Below the pieces are notes generated by a model. The model worked only from the letters and a program-made list of their open reading frames with translations, was not told the DNA's origin and searched no databases. Positions 1-12,272 of a stretch of DNA of 64,000 bases are shown here, one piece after another. Origin of the DNA: Tubiluchus corallicola (lineage: Eukaryota; Animalia; Priapulida); the NCBI GenBank assembly GCA_030141605.1, contig JAQGDQ010000339.1:124001-188000 (forward strand). Direction: 5' to 3'. Position 1 is the stretch's first letter. The number at the start of each line of letters is the position of its first letter. Both the position numbers and the translations under genes were made by a program.

Positions 1-2560
1 TCAGTAACAACTAAAACATACTTATAGCCACTACTACTTAAAGGCAAAGTCAAGATATCAGCAGATATCTGTCCAAACTGATCACCTAGTACTTTAATAG
101 TTCCACGAGCTTCACGTTGTGGTCTGGCTTCACGCTTCACTAAAGCACATCCATGACAATTTCTGATAAACGTACGAACACTATTGGTTAAACCATACCA
201 ATAATACAATGGTGAAATTCGTCCTATCGTTTTTCTTACACCAAAGTGAGCAGATAATACATGATCATGAGCAAGAGAAGTAACACGATCTCTAAGCACT
301 GGTGACACAAGTTTCTGTGGTGAAACATACCCACTTGATTGTCTTATAATTTCACCATTCACTACAGACAATTTATCTTTTTCACGAAGATAACTCAGTT
401 CATCTGAGTCAGGCTGGTCAGACAACTGCTTCCGCAATTGACTGGCACTCAGTCACATCTTTAGTTGTACGTACGCGACTCAATGCGTCTGCATAAGCAA
501 TCATTTTTCCAGGTTTATGGCATACCTCAAAGTCATATTGATTCAGCCATAGCAACCATCTAGCAAGTCGGTCAGGAGGGTCTTTCTGGCGCTTCAACCA
601 CGAAAGAGCCTGATGATCTGTCACAGCAACGAAAGGTTTTCCAAGCAAAAAATGAGGAAATATATTTTCCAGAAGCATAAGAGATAACGTACTCTTCTTT
701 ACCAGATCCTTGGGACAAAACAGCTCCCCATCCCGTTTTGCAGGCATCAGTTGTCAAGATGAACATTCTATCAGGATTAGGATGTCTAAGAATAGGCCCA
801 CTCATCAATCTTCTCTTTAATTCATCGAAGGCATGTTGGCACTCAAGACTCCACAAGAATGGCACATCTTTGCGGGCCAGATCAGCAAGCGGCTTTGCAA
901 TCACAGCAAAGTCCTTCACAAAATGACAAAAATAGGAGCAAAATCCATAAAATTGACGTACTTCATGAACATTTACAGGGACCGCAGGTTTTAATAGCAA
1001 GCACTTTGTCTTCGGTAGGTTGGATACCCTTTCTACTAACACGATGACCAAGGAAATCCACTCCTTCACATGCAAATTTATACTTGTCCATACCAAGTTT
1101 TAAATTGTACTGTTGAAATCTCTGCAATACAGCACGTAAATCATCAACATGTTGGTCAAAAGTTGGGCTTACAATTAAGCAATCATCAATATAGATCAAA
1201 GCAGTTGTACCTAGCCCTTGCAACATACGGTACATCATACGTTGAAAGCTTCCAGGCATATTAGATAGACCAAACGGACAGACATTAAATTCATAAAGCC
1301 CATCTTCAACTACAAATGCAGATTTTTCTCTTGAAGATTTTTCCAAGGGCAACTGGAAATATCCAGACTTTTGGTCAATTAATTTAAACCAGCCAGCATT
1401 GCCAGCACTACACTTTGCAAGCAATTCACCCATCCGGGGCAAAGGATGACTGTCCTTCTTCGTTACACTATTCAACTTAATGTAATTCACGCAAAATCTA
1501 TATTCATTATTCTTTTTATGAACAAGAATAATTGGACTTGCCCACGGTGACTGATTCAGAAATTATGCCTCTTTCAAGCATGGTGCCAATCTGATTTTGC
1601 ACTTCAGCACGAAGGTGCACAGGACATCTGTAAGGCTTCTGTTTTATAGGCGGTCCAGCCGTTTCTATTACATGTTCACACTGAGACACATGTCCCAATT
1701 CACCATCGACAAAAAACACATCAGAAAATTCATTGAACAACAACTTTTCCATTACGGCACGTTTGGAATCATCAAGGTGATCAAGATTGATACCAGATTT
1801 CAATTTCTGGTGACGCTTCGAGTCATTCATACTTGCAGGCTTTCCACATGGTGCATCTAGCACATCAACAATTTCTACGGTTTCCAATGATCCTAAACAA
1901 GCTCCATCTTTTACTTTGACAGGATCATCTGTCACGTTGCACATTCGAACAGGCATAACATCTGAGCTTGCCATACATCCTCGAGCAATGAAAAGACCAC
2001 TGTCCCTCTATGAATTTTCAGGGTTCAACATATATGCTTCATTAGTAGACATAGTATGCCTTGTCGCAAATGGCTGAGTCACACAAGCCAGAATCACAAC
2101 TTCACTATGAGGTTCAACAAAAACTGTTTCTCTGCAAACAACTGTTGGCGAGTCAATGGCAACCACTTTTGAAAACATTTTCACTAAACCAGTAGCATGG
2201 TTTACCTCACATTTAGATTTTTGTAGAAAATCTCTACCCAAAATTACAGAGTCAGTGATATTGCCTATCACGCAGTTCAAGGTCAAAGATCGATCAATAC
2301 TTGGCAAATGAAAATCAATTACAACATCACCATAGTCATGTAATTTCAAACTTCTATGTGCAGTAGCTTAAATGTGAGTCACTCACCGTAGCTTTGACAT
2401 TATCACATATGAGATCAGCTTTCTTCGCCATGTCAACGCTAATTATGGTACGTTCACTACCGGAATCAATAATTGCTGGACATTTAACACCATTGACCAA
2501 CAACTCAACAACCAAACAATCCACACCAAGACGTCGATTTGCAGTACCGGATGTTTTCAC
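1..2560 (-). pseudogene. Gypsy pol (protease-RT-RNase H-integrase), fragmented
   Basis: ORF pieces 2354-2560, 2008-2349, 1516-1974, 963-1490, 572-1096 and 418-747, plus an integrase frame over 1-420, lie in different reading frames. Confidence 0.93.
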
Positions 2561-2579
2561 ACCTGAGTGCGTTGATTGA

Positions 2580-4555
2580 TTGTCACGACTCTTATTGCAG
2601 TTTTCAGCAATATGGCCAAGTTAATGACACTTGTGGCACTGTATCTTACAGTTCTCGGCAGTGTGCCCGACAAGGGTACATGAAGAACATCGCTTTGCAA
2701 ACTTGGATCGAGCACCATGAGCATTAGGCTTGTCACGAGCACTAATCCCATCTTTCACTGTGGCACAGTCTCTTGCCAAGTGTCCTTTGCCATTACACGT
2801 GAAACATCTCAAGTCACTTTTTGTGCGTCGAACACCCGTCACAGTGGAACAACGTACACCATTTCGCTGCTGCTGCACTACTGTGTGAGACATACGCAGG
2901 GTATTGAGCTTACCAACCATTCCAGAAATTGTGTCAATGTCAGAGTCATAAAATGTTGGGTGCCAGTCACTAGGCAATCCCTTGACAAACTGTTCACAAA
3001 CAAATCTTTCAATAATAGCTTCATCGCGAATCTCAGGGTTGGCTGAATTAAATAACCTTTTCAAGTCACTTGCATACTTGTGTGCACTTTCAGATTTAGC
3101 CAAAGTTCTCAGACAAAATTCTGTCAAGTAAAGACGACGACTTTCATGAGGACGAAATACGCCCAAATACGCCCTTCCTAAAGCACGTGTTAAGGGTTCT
3201 GTGTTATTTCCCTAACGTGTAACGTCGTCACTGTTGTGCTGTAATATTTAGAAGAAATTGACAATCTCTATTAGTCTAAATAAACTGGGCATTAAATTCA
3301 ATTGCTTTATTTAATTACAAATATAATATGCATGAAAAAACTGTGCACAGATCATTTAAGCAAAACTGTACAAATGGATACGCGGCTACAAGCATACCGG
3401 TAACGGGTTTACCAAGTCGGAGTTCCAGTCCTGGCATTAACTGAGTCGCCATTCCCTTTCCATTCCATGACAATGGTTTCATCACTAGACTTTGTAAACG
3501 TATCTGCAACATTCCATTCCATTCCATGCGTTATCGATTCATACCTTACCATCCGTCATTCGATTCCACCAAGTTCCGACAGCCGCTGGCAGCTCACCTC
3601 AAGGACCACCACCCCTTCGCCTCACCACTAACACAACTCATCACAACTTCCTCGTGAGTCTAGTTTGCTCGACTCCGTCTGCCAACTTGCTGGGAGTCTC
3701 ACCAATACAAGTCTAGATTAAGTTCCGTATTCCATTGACCATATTAACATGCCGTTTCTATTTCGTTTATGTCATTTGAGGAAGTTCCACAATAGTATAA
3801 ATCAAAACATCTCAATCAATCTCGTTAGAGATGTTCGAACTGAGCAGTGTGGGCAGACTTTAGACGTGCCTGCCACATGCAGCAATACGCTCAAAAACCA
3901 AGTATCATCTGTATAGCTAGATCGAGAAATTCACTTCTCCACACGACCTGTATCACCTGTGTTTATGCATTTTTAAAATAACCAATGAAAGGCAAGTATG
4001 CGTTAAACATAACTAGGTTACCTGTGCAGATTTCACAGCTGTACATAAGCAAAACTAATCTGCTTCATCTCTTCACCTCGTAAAGAAGTATTTTAAGTTC
4101 AAATAACCTCAGTGCTATAATATTGCAACATATCAATCTTAATCTAATTGTTAAGAATAAAAATAAAACAGTGTTTATTTGGGTTGCGCAGGCATTCAAA
4201 ATAAAGGATCAAGCTTGGACAGTAATACGTCCGATAGTGCACAAAGATAGGGCGCTATCACACCCAACAAAGCTGTTTTCAAAGCCTCACAATTTGCTGC
4301 ATTTTGCACAGAGTCCAAAGCCATCTCTGCTTGCCCAACTAACAAAGCTGGCAAAATATATAATTTTCTCTCATCTGGCCAAGCATTAGCCAATGCTACG
4401 TGTTCAAAACGCTTCAAAAAGGCATCAAAGTCATTTTTGCCATCATAGGTAGGTGGAGCAATGCAAAAACCAGGCTGAGCCGCTGCAGTTGGGACATTCT
4501 CACCATTAGGAACAACTCCCAGTAAATTCATATTACCTTCATCTGGTTCCGCCAT
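2580..4555 (-). pseudogene. Gypsy gag, interrupted by a 1.1-kb insert; three CCHC zinc knuckles, the third broken by a stop
   Basis: MAEPDEG...PPTYDGKNDFDAFLKRFE...KTALLG (from 4555) joins VFRPHESRRLY... (below 3166) once 3167-4262 and one CCCAA copy are removed. Knuckles are CFTCNGKGHLARDC, CSSCTLVGHTAENC and CHKCH*LGHIAENC. Confidence 0.88.
3167..4262 (+). mobile_element. Solo-LTR-like insertion inside gag
   Basis: Flanked by direct repeat CCCAA (3162-3166, 4263-4267). Imperfect terminal inverted repeats ATACGCCC...GGGCGCTATCACA, ending in CA. TATA-like TATAAA at about 3796 and AATAAA at about 4157. No coding capacity; the 5' TG is missing. Confidence 0.7.
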
Positions 4556-4632
4556 GTTAGTCACTACATGGATTATCAAGTTCAAACAAGTCACTTCAGT
4601 AAAATCAGTTCACAGCACAACTTATTTTACAC

Positions 4633-4647
4633 AATCCCACCGCTGAC
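4633..4647 (-). promoter_or_regulatory. Primer-binding site, tRNA-Leu-like
   Basis: Minus strand reads GTCAGCGGTGGGATT directly after the LTR. This resembles the complement of a tRNA-Leu 3' end (TGGTGGCAGCGGTGGGATT), but the leading TGGT is absent. Confidence 0.6.
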
Positions 4648-4867
4648 TGTCAGGGTCACGGGTCACAGAAACATCAAACAAACGTTTAACGGCAAAATTA
4701 AACGTGTTTATTAACCCTAACATTAAAATTGGAATCAAAGAGCTCAAACTACTATCCTAAAACGTGGTCCCTACATTAGACAAAGACATTTCTAATTAGT
4801 GGCGCACCAAGCTTTCAATGCGCAATGACAAGCACACGTTTGTTTAATAACAGGGCCGGCCCTGACA
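4648..4867 (-). repeat. 5' LTR (220 bp) of the Gypsy element
   Basis: Perfect 8-bp terminal inverted repeat TGTCAGGG...CCCTGACA (TG...CA), a minus-strand AATAAA at about 4707-4712, and position next to the PBS upstream of gag. Confidence 0.8.
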
Positions 4868-5567
4868 TTTGTATGGACGAGTCCATCACAATGTAGAGCA
4901 TTTCGCACCTGTAACACTATAATTATTTAGTTTCGTCCCCTTATTGTGAAAAGGTGTCTATCCATTATCACAAGGCAAAACACAATAGGAATCACACCGC
5001 CTCGAGTTTTTTTTTTATCATGCACATAGGTCATTGATTACTGTAATTCTGTACTTATAGTGAAACAGGCGTAGGCAATTTGTGGAATTGCTGGCATAGG
5101 TATGTGTGGAAATAAACTCACATGCATAGAACGTGCAAATTGAATTTCGAGTAAGCGCGCCTGGTGAGTGTTGTATCCTCGTAATTTTGGTTACACCGTA
5201 ATAAGCGAAGTTGGGCAACGAGCATGCTAAATTAATGTGAGTTGTGATGTAACTTAAGTTCGTTTGGTTATATTAGCAGTAATTATTACGTAGGCGGTTA
5301 CCATGTGGACAAAACAAAATTCAATCTTTACATTTGATGCTTGTCAGTAATTACGTACCCAGACGCTTTCCGTGTAATCTGCATGTTTTATTAAAAGTGG
5401 CCAATTTAGTTCATTTATGATGTGATTGCCTGTGGTCGTTTTATGATAAACAGACATTTGTCTACTGTGTAATACTATGGCATCAGGTACTATGTCTTGA
5501 ATGTTGCTGTGGTATACAACGTTGCGCCATATTGTGGACATTCTAATAATTTTTATACTGTGTCATA

Positions 5568-6095
5568 TGTGAGCTTGCAAACCAAAACCGTTCATAAGTC
5601 GGCATAGTTAAAATACGTTATGATGTTTCATAGTAGAATGCACCAAAAAATTTGATCAAATTCAATTTTTCGTTTTTTATAAAAACAAACACTAAAGGTA
5701 CTGTACTTTTATATTCTAGCATCAGTTATCAAGAAAATGTTAAAAAATACTAAAACTGTAATTTTATTACTCATTATTCACCTTTCTGTCTAGAAACTAG
5801 TACTGCAAGTGTAAAAAAACTCATATTTTCAAACTCCGTTAGTAGCTACAACTGTTAGCAGTCATTTTGCTTCAGGTTTTTTATACTGCTAAGCCCAGAT
5901 TTTCGTCAAGAAGAGCCATCTACTGGATTAAAACGTAACTTCAATGTGTTCTTGCAATATCCATAGCAACCGACATTTTCTGCGGTTGCTAAGTGTTTTG
6001 TTGAAACGTGACAAAAACAACTGCTAACTTTCCTACTGATTTTCTCAATGTTTTGTATTTCAGTGCGTAGCATGCACCTCAACTTCAACATGGCT
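5568..6095. mobile_element. Truncated MITE, inverted copy of the 18649-19278 element
   Basis: Starts TGTGAGCTTGCAAACCAAAACCGTTC and aligns by eye in reverse orientation to about 18790-19278. Confidence 0.7.
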
Positions 6096-7974
6096 TATCT
6101 CAGCTTAGAAATAACATAGAGCATTGAGTCTGGTAACAAAATGATCCCTATGAAATACAGAGTCAGGATATGTGAATAACTGGAAAACTTAATTGCCCAC
6201 TCATGGACGATTTTGCTGTGCAAGCACACATATAAATTTTGATAATATAAACAAAGGTGGTGCGTGGAGTGCAAATCTATGATCACAGCTGTAACAAATA
6301 TGGATCATTACTTTGGTTGACTGGTAATCCAAATTTTGCTACTTAACGACGTGACTAAGCAGAAGCTGATTTTCACTTTGTATATTATTAGCCCATACAA
6401 AATTTAATGACACTTGAAAACAATTTTACAGAGAAAGTGAAAATATAAATGCAAGAGGGAAAACGATTCAAAGGTGGTCCGAATTATTATTGTAAAATCA
6501 CTAACAGGAAATGTTAGGTGGTAACGTTACAGCTGACTCCAACAGGAAAGCCCAGAGTGGGCAGAGGTTAGGAGTAAATAGTAATGCCTACGTCAAAAGT
6601 AGGGTGTAACCAATGTGACAGAGGGGAGTGTTAGCTCAATTGAAGCCATAGTGCCCTCATATTAATACCTGCATGTTGCTTCATATAACTTGCGTGGCTG
6701 GACAACCACGAGTATCATTTTTTAAGTCTTTAGTATGACTCGGTCGGGATTTTGTTATATTTTTACTCCAATAATTTTTAATTCACGCTTGTGTAAATGA
6801 CGATAGCCGTAAGAAAATTTGAAGTAAAACATTTCCAAGGTCAATGTCCCGTACACAAAATTTACTTGAAAAAATGTAATCAATCCTAGCAGACTTTTTC
6901 ATTGCTGTTCTTTGAACAACTAGAGTCGCACGTGTGTCAGTGGAAGTTTCACAACAGAAGGGCAACCAAAGGCAAACGCTGCACTGGTAACGGTCACCGT
7001 GATGCAAAATTTTCAACCAATAAATGTTCCCACACCCAAAATAGCTTTGCTGAATACACACATGTCCCACACTTAATATTGATTTTTGTCTTAGCAACAA
7101 TCCTTTCGCTGTATCAGTGACACGCCTTATGACCGCATTTGTAGGCAACAGAGTTTACAAAAACATCGCCTGTTTAAAGGAAAACCATACTATAGATAAG
7201 ACTCTTATCTCATTTTAATTTTCTGTGCAAAATATACATTTATATTTACATAATTTGCTTGGAAAGTTAGCGGCAACCGAACACATCTATCGGATATGTC
7301 ACAAACTAACCACAGTTTGGGCAATGGTAGGCATCCCCCTGTGTGTCAAGCACATTTGCGTAAGCGAACATTGGTATAGGCTCTATATCACACTGACGTC
7401 ACAGACAAACACTGCAGCTCATGATCCTGCTTATCACTGTTCTTCGCCTATTTGTTAGCCACGCGCTGTGGTATCACCTTGACTTGGCCAGATAGCTGTG
7501 CCTTGAAATTCGCCGTTCGCTTTTTCGCTTGAGGTGTTTAATTGTTCAATAGCACACGGCATAATTCTTCATATCCAAACGGTGTGCCTTCGTAATAAAA
7601 TACTGTGTTACAATTACTAGCCTTCTGATGTATTATGTGTACTATGCTAAACAGTTATTGCAACTGCAACATCTTTCTGGGTTAGTAGCATCAAATCAAC
7701 ATGTATTTTTTTATATAATTTGTGAAGAAAACTGAAAACTAACACCGTTTTTGCTTTTTACTGCTTTGATTTCCATAAATAGTAACTAAAGTTCTTTAAA
7801 TAGCTTTTCTGAATAATTTCAGAAACCTACAAATAAATTTTCTAGTTTACAAACGGTTACATTCTGCATTTTTTAGGGGAAACGTTTAACCCTCAAAGCC
7901 CAACCCTGGGTTTTCGGAGCACTGGGAGAGGAAAACGATTAGTTTCACGTTGTCAAAAAGAAAATCTTCCTCAG

Positions 7975-10704
7975 TTGTCCAGTCCCATGTCCTTCAACAG
8001 CAGGCAGCGTGAAGTTGTGCAGGAAAAACCAAAAGTAGATGGACTTCCACCTGAGAGTTCACAAGGCAAGATAAAAGAGAAGAGCCTTAATGTTGAAGAG
8101 GAACAGTCGTGTGACTGGCTGTCCAAATTGGAAGATATTTGGAACAATGCAAAAATCAAGTCAGGAAACACCATCGCTGATTCTCTCACTGACTGTTTTC
8201 GAAAGTCTGATAATCCATACAATGTAGCCCTCTTCTTGACAGAGAAAGCTTCGGGATTTTATAAAGGGAAACCGAATTCTCTCTCCTTTCACATTATGAG
8301 ATTATTTGAACAGTGGATCTCACTGCATAGAAGAAATTATCAGCATTTGCTAACTGATCCCGTAAAGCGTAATGCATTTCAGGTGGCCACAAAGAAACAC
8401 TTGTTTGTTTTAAAGCCGGTTGCTGCAGCTTATGAACTGAGCGGTTGCCAATTTCTCATTGATGATGTTAAAAAGATGATCCAAGATAAAAACTACTTTG
8501 CGGCATCTCAGGCTATAGCAGCCATTGGTCTTCAACATCACTTCAGTTTGTACGAACTCGCTGTACCGCTCATTTGTCAGAACAGAATTAATGTCATAGA
8601 ACAGTATGTGCAGAAGCATAGCAGTCTACAAAGAGAATTAGTAGAAATACTGGACCAACTTTGCCATCCGAACGAGAATATAGCAAATGTGGTACAAAAC
8701 TTTGACATTGAGCATGTCAGGTGGAATATGATAACTAAAAAACAACTAGGAAAATTGACAATACGTTTGGCAAAAACATATCAAATTCCACAAGAAAGCT
8801 ACCCGAACATGATCAGACACAGGCGCCTTGGCTCTATAAGGTATAATCTCCATCAGTACTATAACGAAAATTCCATAACAAAAGAAATATTGTTTGACAC
8901 GATTGACGATGTTGCCGCTGACGATCCCGTCATTCAGAAGGAGGTAGTTGTCATGTTGCATTGCCATGGCGATACAATCAGTGCTGCAAAGTACGCCTTG
9001 AAATTCAATGTTCCTGTTGATGATATATCTTCTGATTTGGCAACAGCTGTCCAAGAATTAGTACTTGACGATGACGTAGAGAATGCAACCTGCAGTAATA
9101 ACGAAAACGAATCTTCAAGTGTGCAGGGCTCAAAGTTCTTACAACTGAAACTCTCCATGGAATCAATTTATTATGTAGATACTGTGGAGAGCCTAAACCA
9201 AACAGTTGAATTCGTATCCGAAAATTTTGATATCGTTGGAATTGATGCGGAGTGGAAACCAGCCGCTACTGGTTTGGAAAGTCAGCGAATTGCTCTGATG
9301 CAAGTAGCAACTTGTGAACAATGCTTTCTTTTGGATATGATAGCCCTAAGCATTTGCGCTACAGACGATGACTGGAAAAAGCTCACAGAAAAACTGTTTT
9401 GTAATAAAGATATTTTAAAGCTGGGTTACGGCATAGAAGGAGACATGCGGATTTTTGCAAATACGTTTCCAGTCATAAAGCAGTCACTCGCGGGACTCAA
9501 GCGTGTTGTTGATCTTTGTGTGTTGACAAAACATTTATTTAGTGCATGTCAAGACTTATTGCCACCAGTCCCTGATTCAACTGATGATTCTGTGGCTGCT
9601 AAAGGTAAGGGAATTAGTGCCTTGGTGTATCAATGTTTCGGGCTGTGGCTAGACAAAACTGAGCAAAACTCGAATTGGGAACGAAGGCCACTGAGAAAAT
9701 CGCAGCTGATTTACGCGACACTCGATGCGCATTGCTTACTGGATGTTTACGAGAAACTGGTTACCCTAGCAAGTGAAAGAAAGCTTGACGTTAATCTAGA
9801 GCCTTGCATTTCTCCTTACAGAGCCACAAAGAAGACGCGGATGGAAAAGGTTCAAACAAGGATGCAAAGGCAGACCCTCGATTTTCCCGATGTCGGCACA
9901 ATTAGTTTGGACCCGAACAAGGAAATGATTAAAGCCCAAGATTTTAGAGTGATTGTAGATACTATGTTGCAAGGTGTGGGACGGCAACTACGCTGTTGCG
10001 GAATCGATGTTGCAATACTAACAAACGACGAAGATCATGAAAAAGCGGGATTTGTAGCACAAAAAGAGGGCCGCGTAATTTTAACCTGTGGCGATCCTTT
10101 CCATTCTTTGAAACGCTTTGTTCCTTTAGGCATGTGTTATAATGTTGCGCCTGGCACGGCTCGAGAACAGGCAGCACAAGTACTCAGGCACTTTAACATC
10201 AAAGTGACACAAGAGGACATATTTAGTCGTTGCCACGTTTGCAACGGCAACAAGTATGTTCACATTTCTCCTCCTATGATGAACTATCTGTGGCAGAAAA
10301 AGCAGGAACTCTTAGCTGCTGGAGAACCCCAAGAAGAATTCGACGTACCTGAAATGACGGGTAAATTTAACAAAAAGCTTCGTAAAATGACAAAAATAAA
10401 CAAAGGAGTTTTAGACTCACAAAGTGCCGGTGATCATCAGGCAGTAGGTCTTGACTTGGCAAGCACTTCCTGTGCTGCTGAAGGCAGTAAAGACAAAGAG
10501 GTTTTAATCATAGATAATTTTAAAATCCATGCAGACACTGTCAGGTTAGCCAGTGGTATCGCGCTGAAAGTAGAGGCAGTTCCGAAATCGATGCTCGGAC
10601 AAGTTGAACTTTTCTTCTGTTGCGCGACATGTGGAAAAGTGTTCTGGGAAGGTTCCCATTTTCACAGAATTTGTAGCAAGTTTTCTGATGTGTTGTCTAA
10701 CTGA
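7975..10704 (+). CDS. EXD3: Exonuclease mut-7 homolog (EXD3 / Nibbler), single coding exon, about 905 aa; first ATG at 7987
   Basis: Uninterrupted 909-codon ORF. DEDDy 3'-5' exonuclease motifs VGIDAEWKP, LGYGIEGDM and SNWERRPLRKSQLIYATLDAHCLLDVY. C-terminal Mut7-C domain DTMLQGVGRQLRCCGID...SRCHVCNG...CCATCGKVFWEGSH. AATAAA at about 10948. Confidence 0.95.
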   Translation: MSSPMSFNSRQREVVQEKPKVDGLPPESSQGKIKEKSLNVEEEQSCDWLSKLEDIWNNAKIKSGNTIADSLTDCFRKSDNPYNVALFLTEKASGFYKGKPNSLSFHIMRLFEQWISLHRRNYQHLLTDPVKRNAFQVATKKHLFVLKPVAAAYELSGCQFLIDDVKKMIQDKNYFAASQAIAAIGLQHHFSLYELAVPLICQNRINVIEQYVQKHSSLQRELVEILDQLCHPNENIANVVQNFDIEHVRWNMITKKQLGKLTIRLAKTYQIPQESYPNMIRHRRLGSIRYNLHQYYNENSITKEILFDTIDDVAADDPVIQKEVVVMLHCHGDTISAAKYALKFNVPVDDISSDLATAVQELVLDDDVENATCSNNENESSSVQGSKFLQLKLSMESIYYVDTVESLNQTVEFVSENFDIVGIDAEWKPAATGLESQRIALMQVATCEQCFLLDMIALSICATDDDWKKLTEKLFCNKDILKLGYGIEGDMRIFANTFPVIKQSLAGLKRVVDLCVLTKHLFSACQDLLPPVPDSTDDSVAAKGKGISALVYQCFGLWLDKTEQNSNWERRPLRKSQLIYATLDAHCLLDVYEKLVTLASERKLDVNLEPCISPYRATKKTRMEKVQTRMQRQTLDFPDVGTISLDPNKEMIKAQDFRVIVDTMLQGVGRQLRCCGIDVAILTNDEDHEKAGFVAQKEGRVILTCGDPFHSLKRFVPLGMCYNVAPGTAREQAAQVLRHFNIKVTQEDIFSRCHVCNGNKYVHISPPMMNYLWQKKQELLAAGEPQEEFDVPEMTGKFNKKLRKMTKINKGVLDSQSAGDHQAVGLDLASTSCAAEGSKDKEVLIIDNFKIHADTVRLASGIALKVEAVPKSMLGQVELFFCCATCGKVFWEGSHFHRICSKFSDVLSN

Positions 10705-11223
10705 TCATGTACTTTTGTTGGATGGAATCTTACGACATTATGATTTGCTCAAACGTTTGTAGTAAGTTTCTATTGTATATTGCCTAAGTGATCACGTAGC
10801 CTACTTTAGTTGGATGAAGTCTGCTTCAGCTGGATGGACAGTTTGCTTTTTACACTAAATATTGTTATGTAATATTATATGTGTTATATTATCACATTCT
10901 GACCTTGATTCTTTCCTCTTATAAGCTGTAACTTATGAAAATTTAATAATAAAATCGTCATTATTGTGATGCTGTAGCATGAAATTTGTTATAAAATAAT
11001 TATGGTAATGCTGATAGTGAATTGAGTGGCTAACAATGCAAAGACAACATTTTTGTTATCAAATTATGCATGTTTGGTAACGCAACGAAACCCAATTTGT
11101 ATTTTTTCATTTTATAGATAAAAGTGAAATGTTACATGAAAAATGTCACGGAGTTTCTTTTTATTTCATTAAACTGTCAAAATTACGGGTTTTTTTGCAA
11201 AAGTATATAACAAACATAATTAA

Positions 11224-11445
11224 TAGGGGTGAGCATCGAACATTTGAATTGAACTCTTATAGATCAGTGCGATTTAACGCCCAATCATGAGCACAATTTT
11301 TTAACAAGTTATTAGTGTTCTTACTGTTGCACTCTTCATTATTTTTGAGTTGTTTTTACAATTGATTTGACAATCTAAAACTGTATTCGAAAGTTTGGTT
11401 TGATTCAAGTTCCAAAGTCAGATGGTAGAGAGATTCTCACTCCTA
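11224..11445. mobile_element. hAT-type MITE, internally deleted copy of the 48964-49385 family
   Basis: Termini TAGGGGTGAGCAT...ATTCTCACTCCTA; 8-bp flanks ATAATTAA / ATGATTAA match at 7/8. Confidence 0.7.
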
Positions 11446-11643
11446 ATGATTAAACATTCTTTGCTTGCATACAATTAAGACAACGCAATAAAAAAAGCAC
11501 GTGAATGTTCTAGACCTGGTAAGCTTATTGCATCTTGTGATCCAGGAAACTACAAGCCTTTTAGTCTCACATGCATATGTTGCAAGGTCATGGAATCAAT
11601 TGTGAGAGATGTACTGCTGCGCCATATGATGACAAATGATCTA

Positions 11644-12272
11644 CAGTCTTGCCTCGTTATCTCGCCCCTCCTTATGCTGCCAAACTCATCTCTCGCCATA
11701 GAAAGTACCAGGACAGATTTCCTGCTTTGATATTTACCTCGTTAAGTCGCCACCCTCGCTTCTCGCCCTCACCAAGACATGCTAGGATGAGTGCTTATGT
11801 AAACTATATTCGTTATGTCGCCAAACAGACAAACTCAGAGGTGAATCGATCAATACATATACCGCGTGTCGATCAATATAACCGTGGTATGTAGACAATG
11901 CTGCTGTACTTACATAATAGACAGACATAATTAATCAAGTGTGTGTCTCACCAGGATTAGATTAGGAGTGCTGTGGTTGGTTAATGCGCACAGAAACTAA
12001 AGCGTCACCGATATCCTTACTCTATAACACCTAAAGGTTTTTTAAATAAAAAAGTACCACTCTAAGATTAGTTTTATGACATTTTTTCATTTCTGATTTA
12101 ATGTTGATTGGTATCATAATGCGAAATATATTTTATATGTACATAGAGGAACACTATGTTAATCAACTATTATGTATATACATATAGACTAACTTCGTTA
12201 TATTCCCGTTATCTCGCCTTTTGCCAAAAATTTGCCCTAGATGGACTGTGGCGAGATAACGAGGCTAGACTG
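11644..12272. mobile_element. Tc1/mariner-pogo-type MITE inserted in the CR1 remnant
   Basis: TIRs CAGTCTTGCCTCGTTATCTCGCC / GGCGAGATAACGAGGCTAGACTG (22/23 match) with TA on both sides. Confidence 0.9.

Larger units (their letters stand above)
1..4867 (-). mobile_element. Decayed Ty3/Gypsy LTR retrotransposon (5' LTR, PBS, gag, PR, RT, RNase H, integrase); continues beyond the left edge
   Basis: Minus-strand domain order is gag with CCHC knuckles, aspartic protease (AIIDSGSE, ILGRDFL), RT (CPFGLSN, YIDD), RNase H (TTDACKTGWGAVLSQ, TDHQALSWL), integrase (AHDHVLSAHFG...CHGC, 1-420). The RT-RH-IN order is diagnostic of Gypsy. Frameshifts and stops break it into many ORFs. Confidence 0.95.

Noticed and set aside
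6700-6752. SINE-like fragment (TTTTAAGTCTTTAGTATGACTCGGTCGGGATT) on the minus strand
   Set aside because: Resembles tRNA-SINE body sequence but is too short to support without a search.
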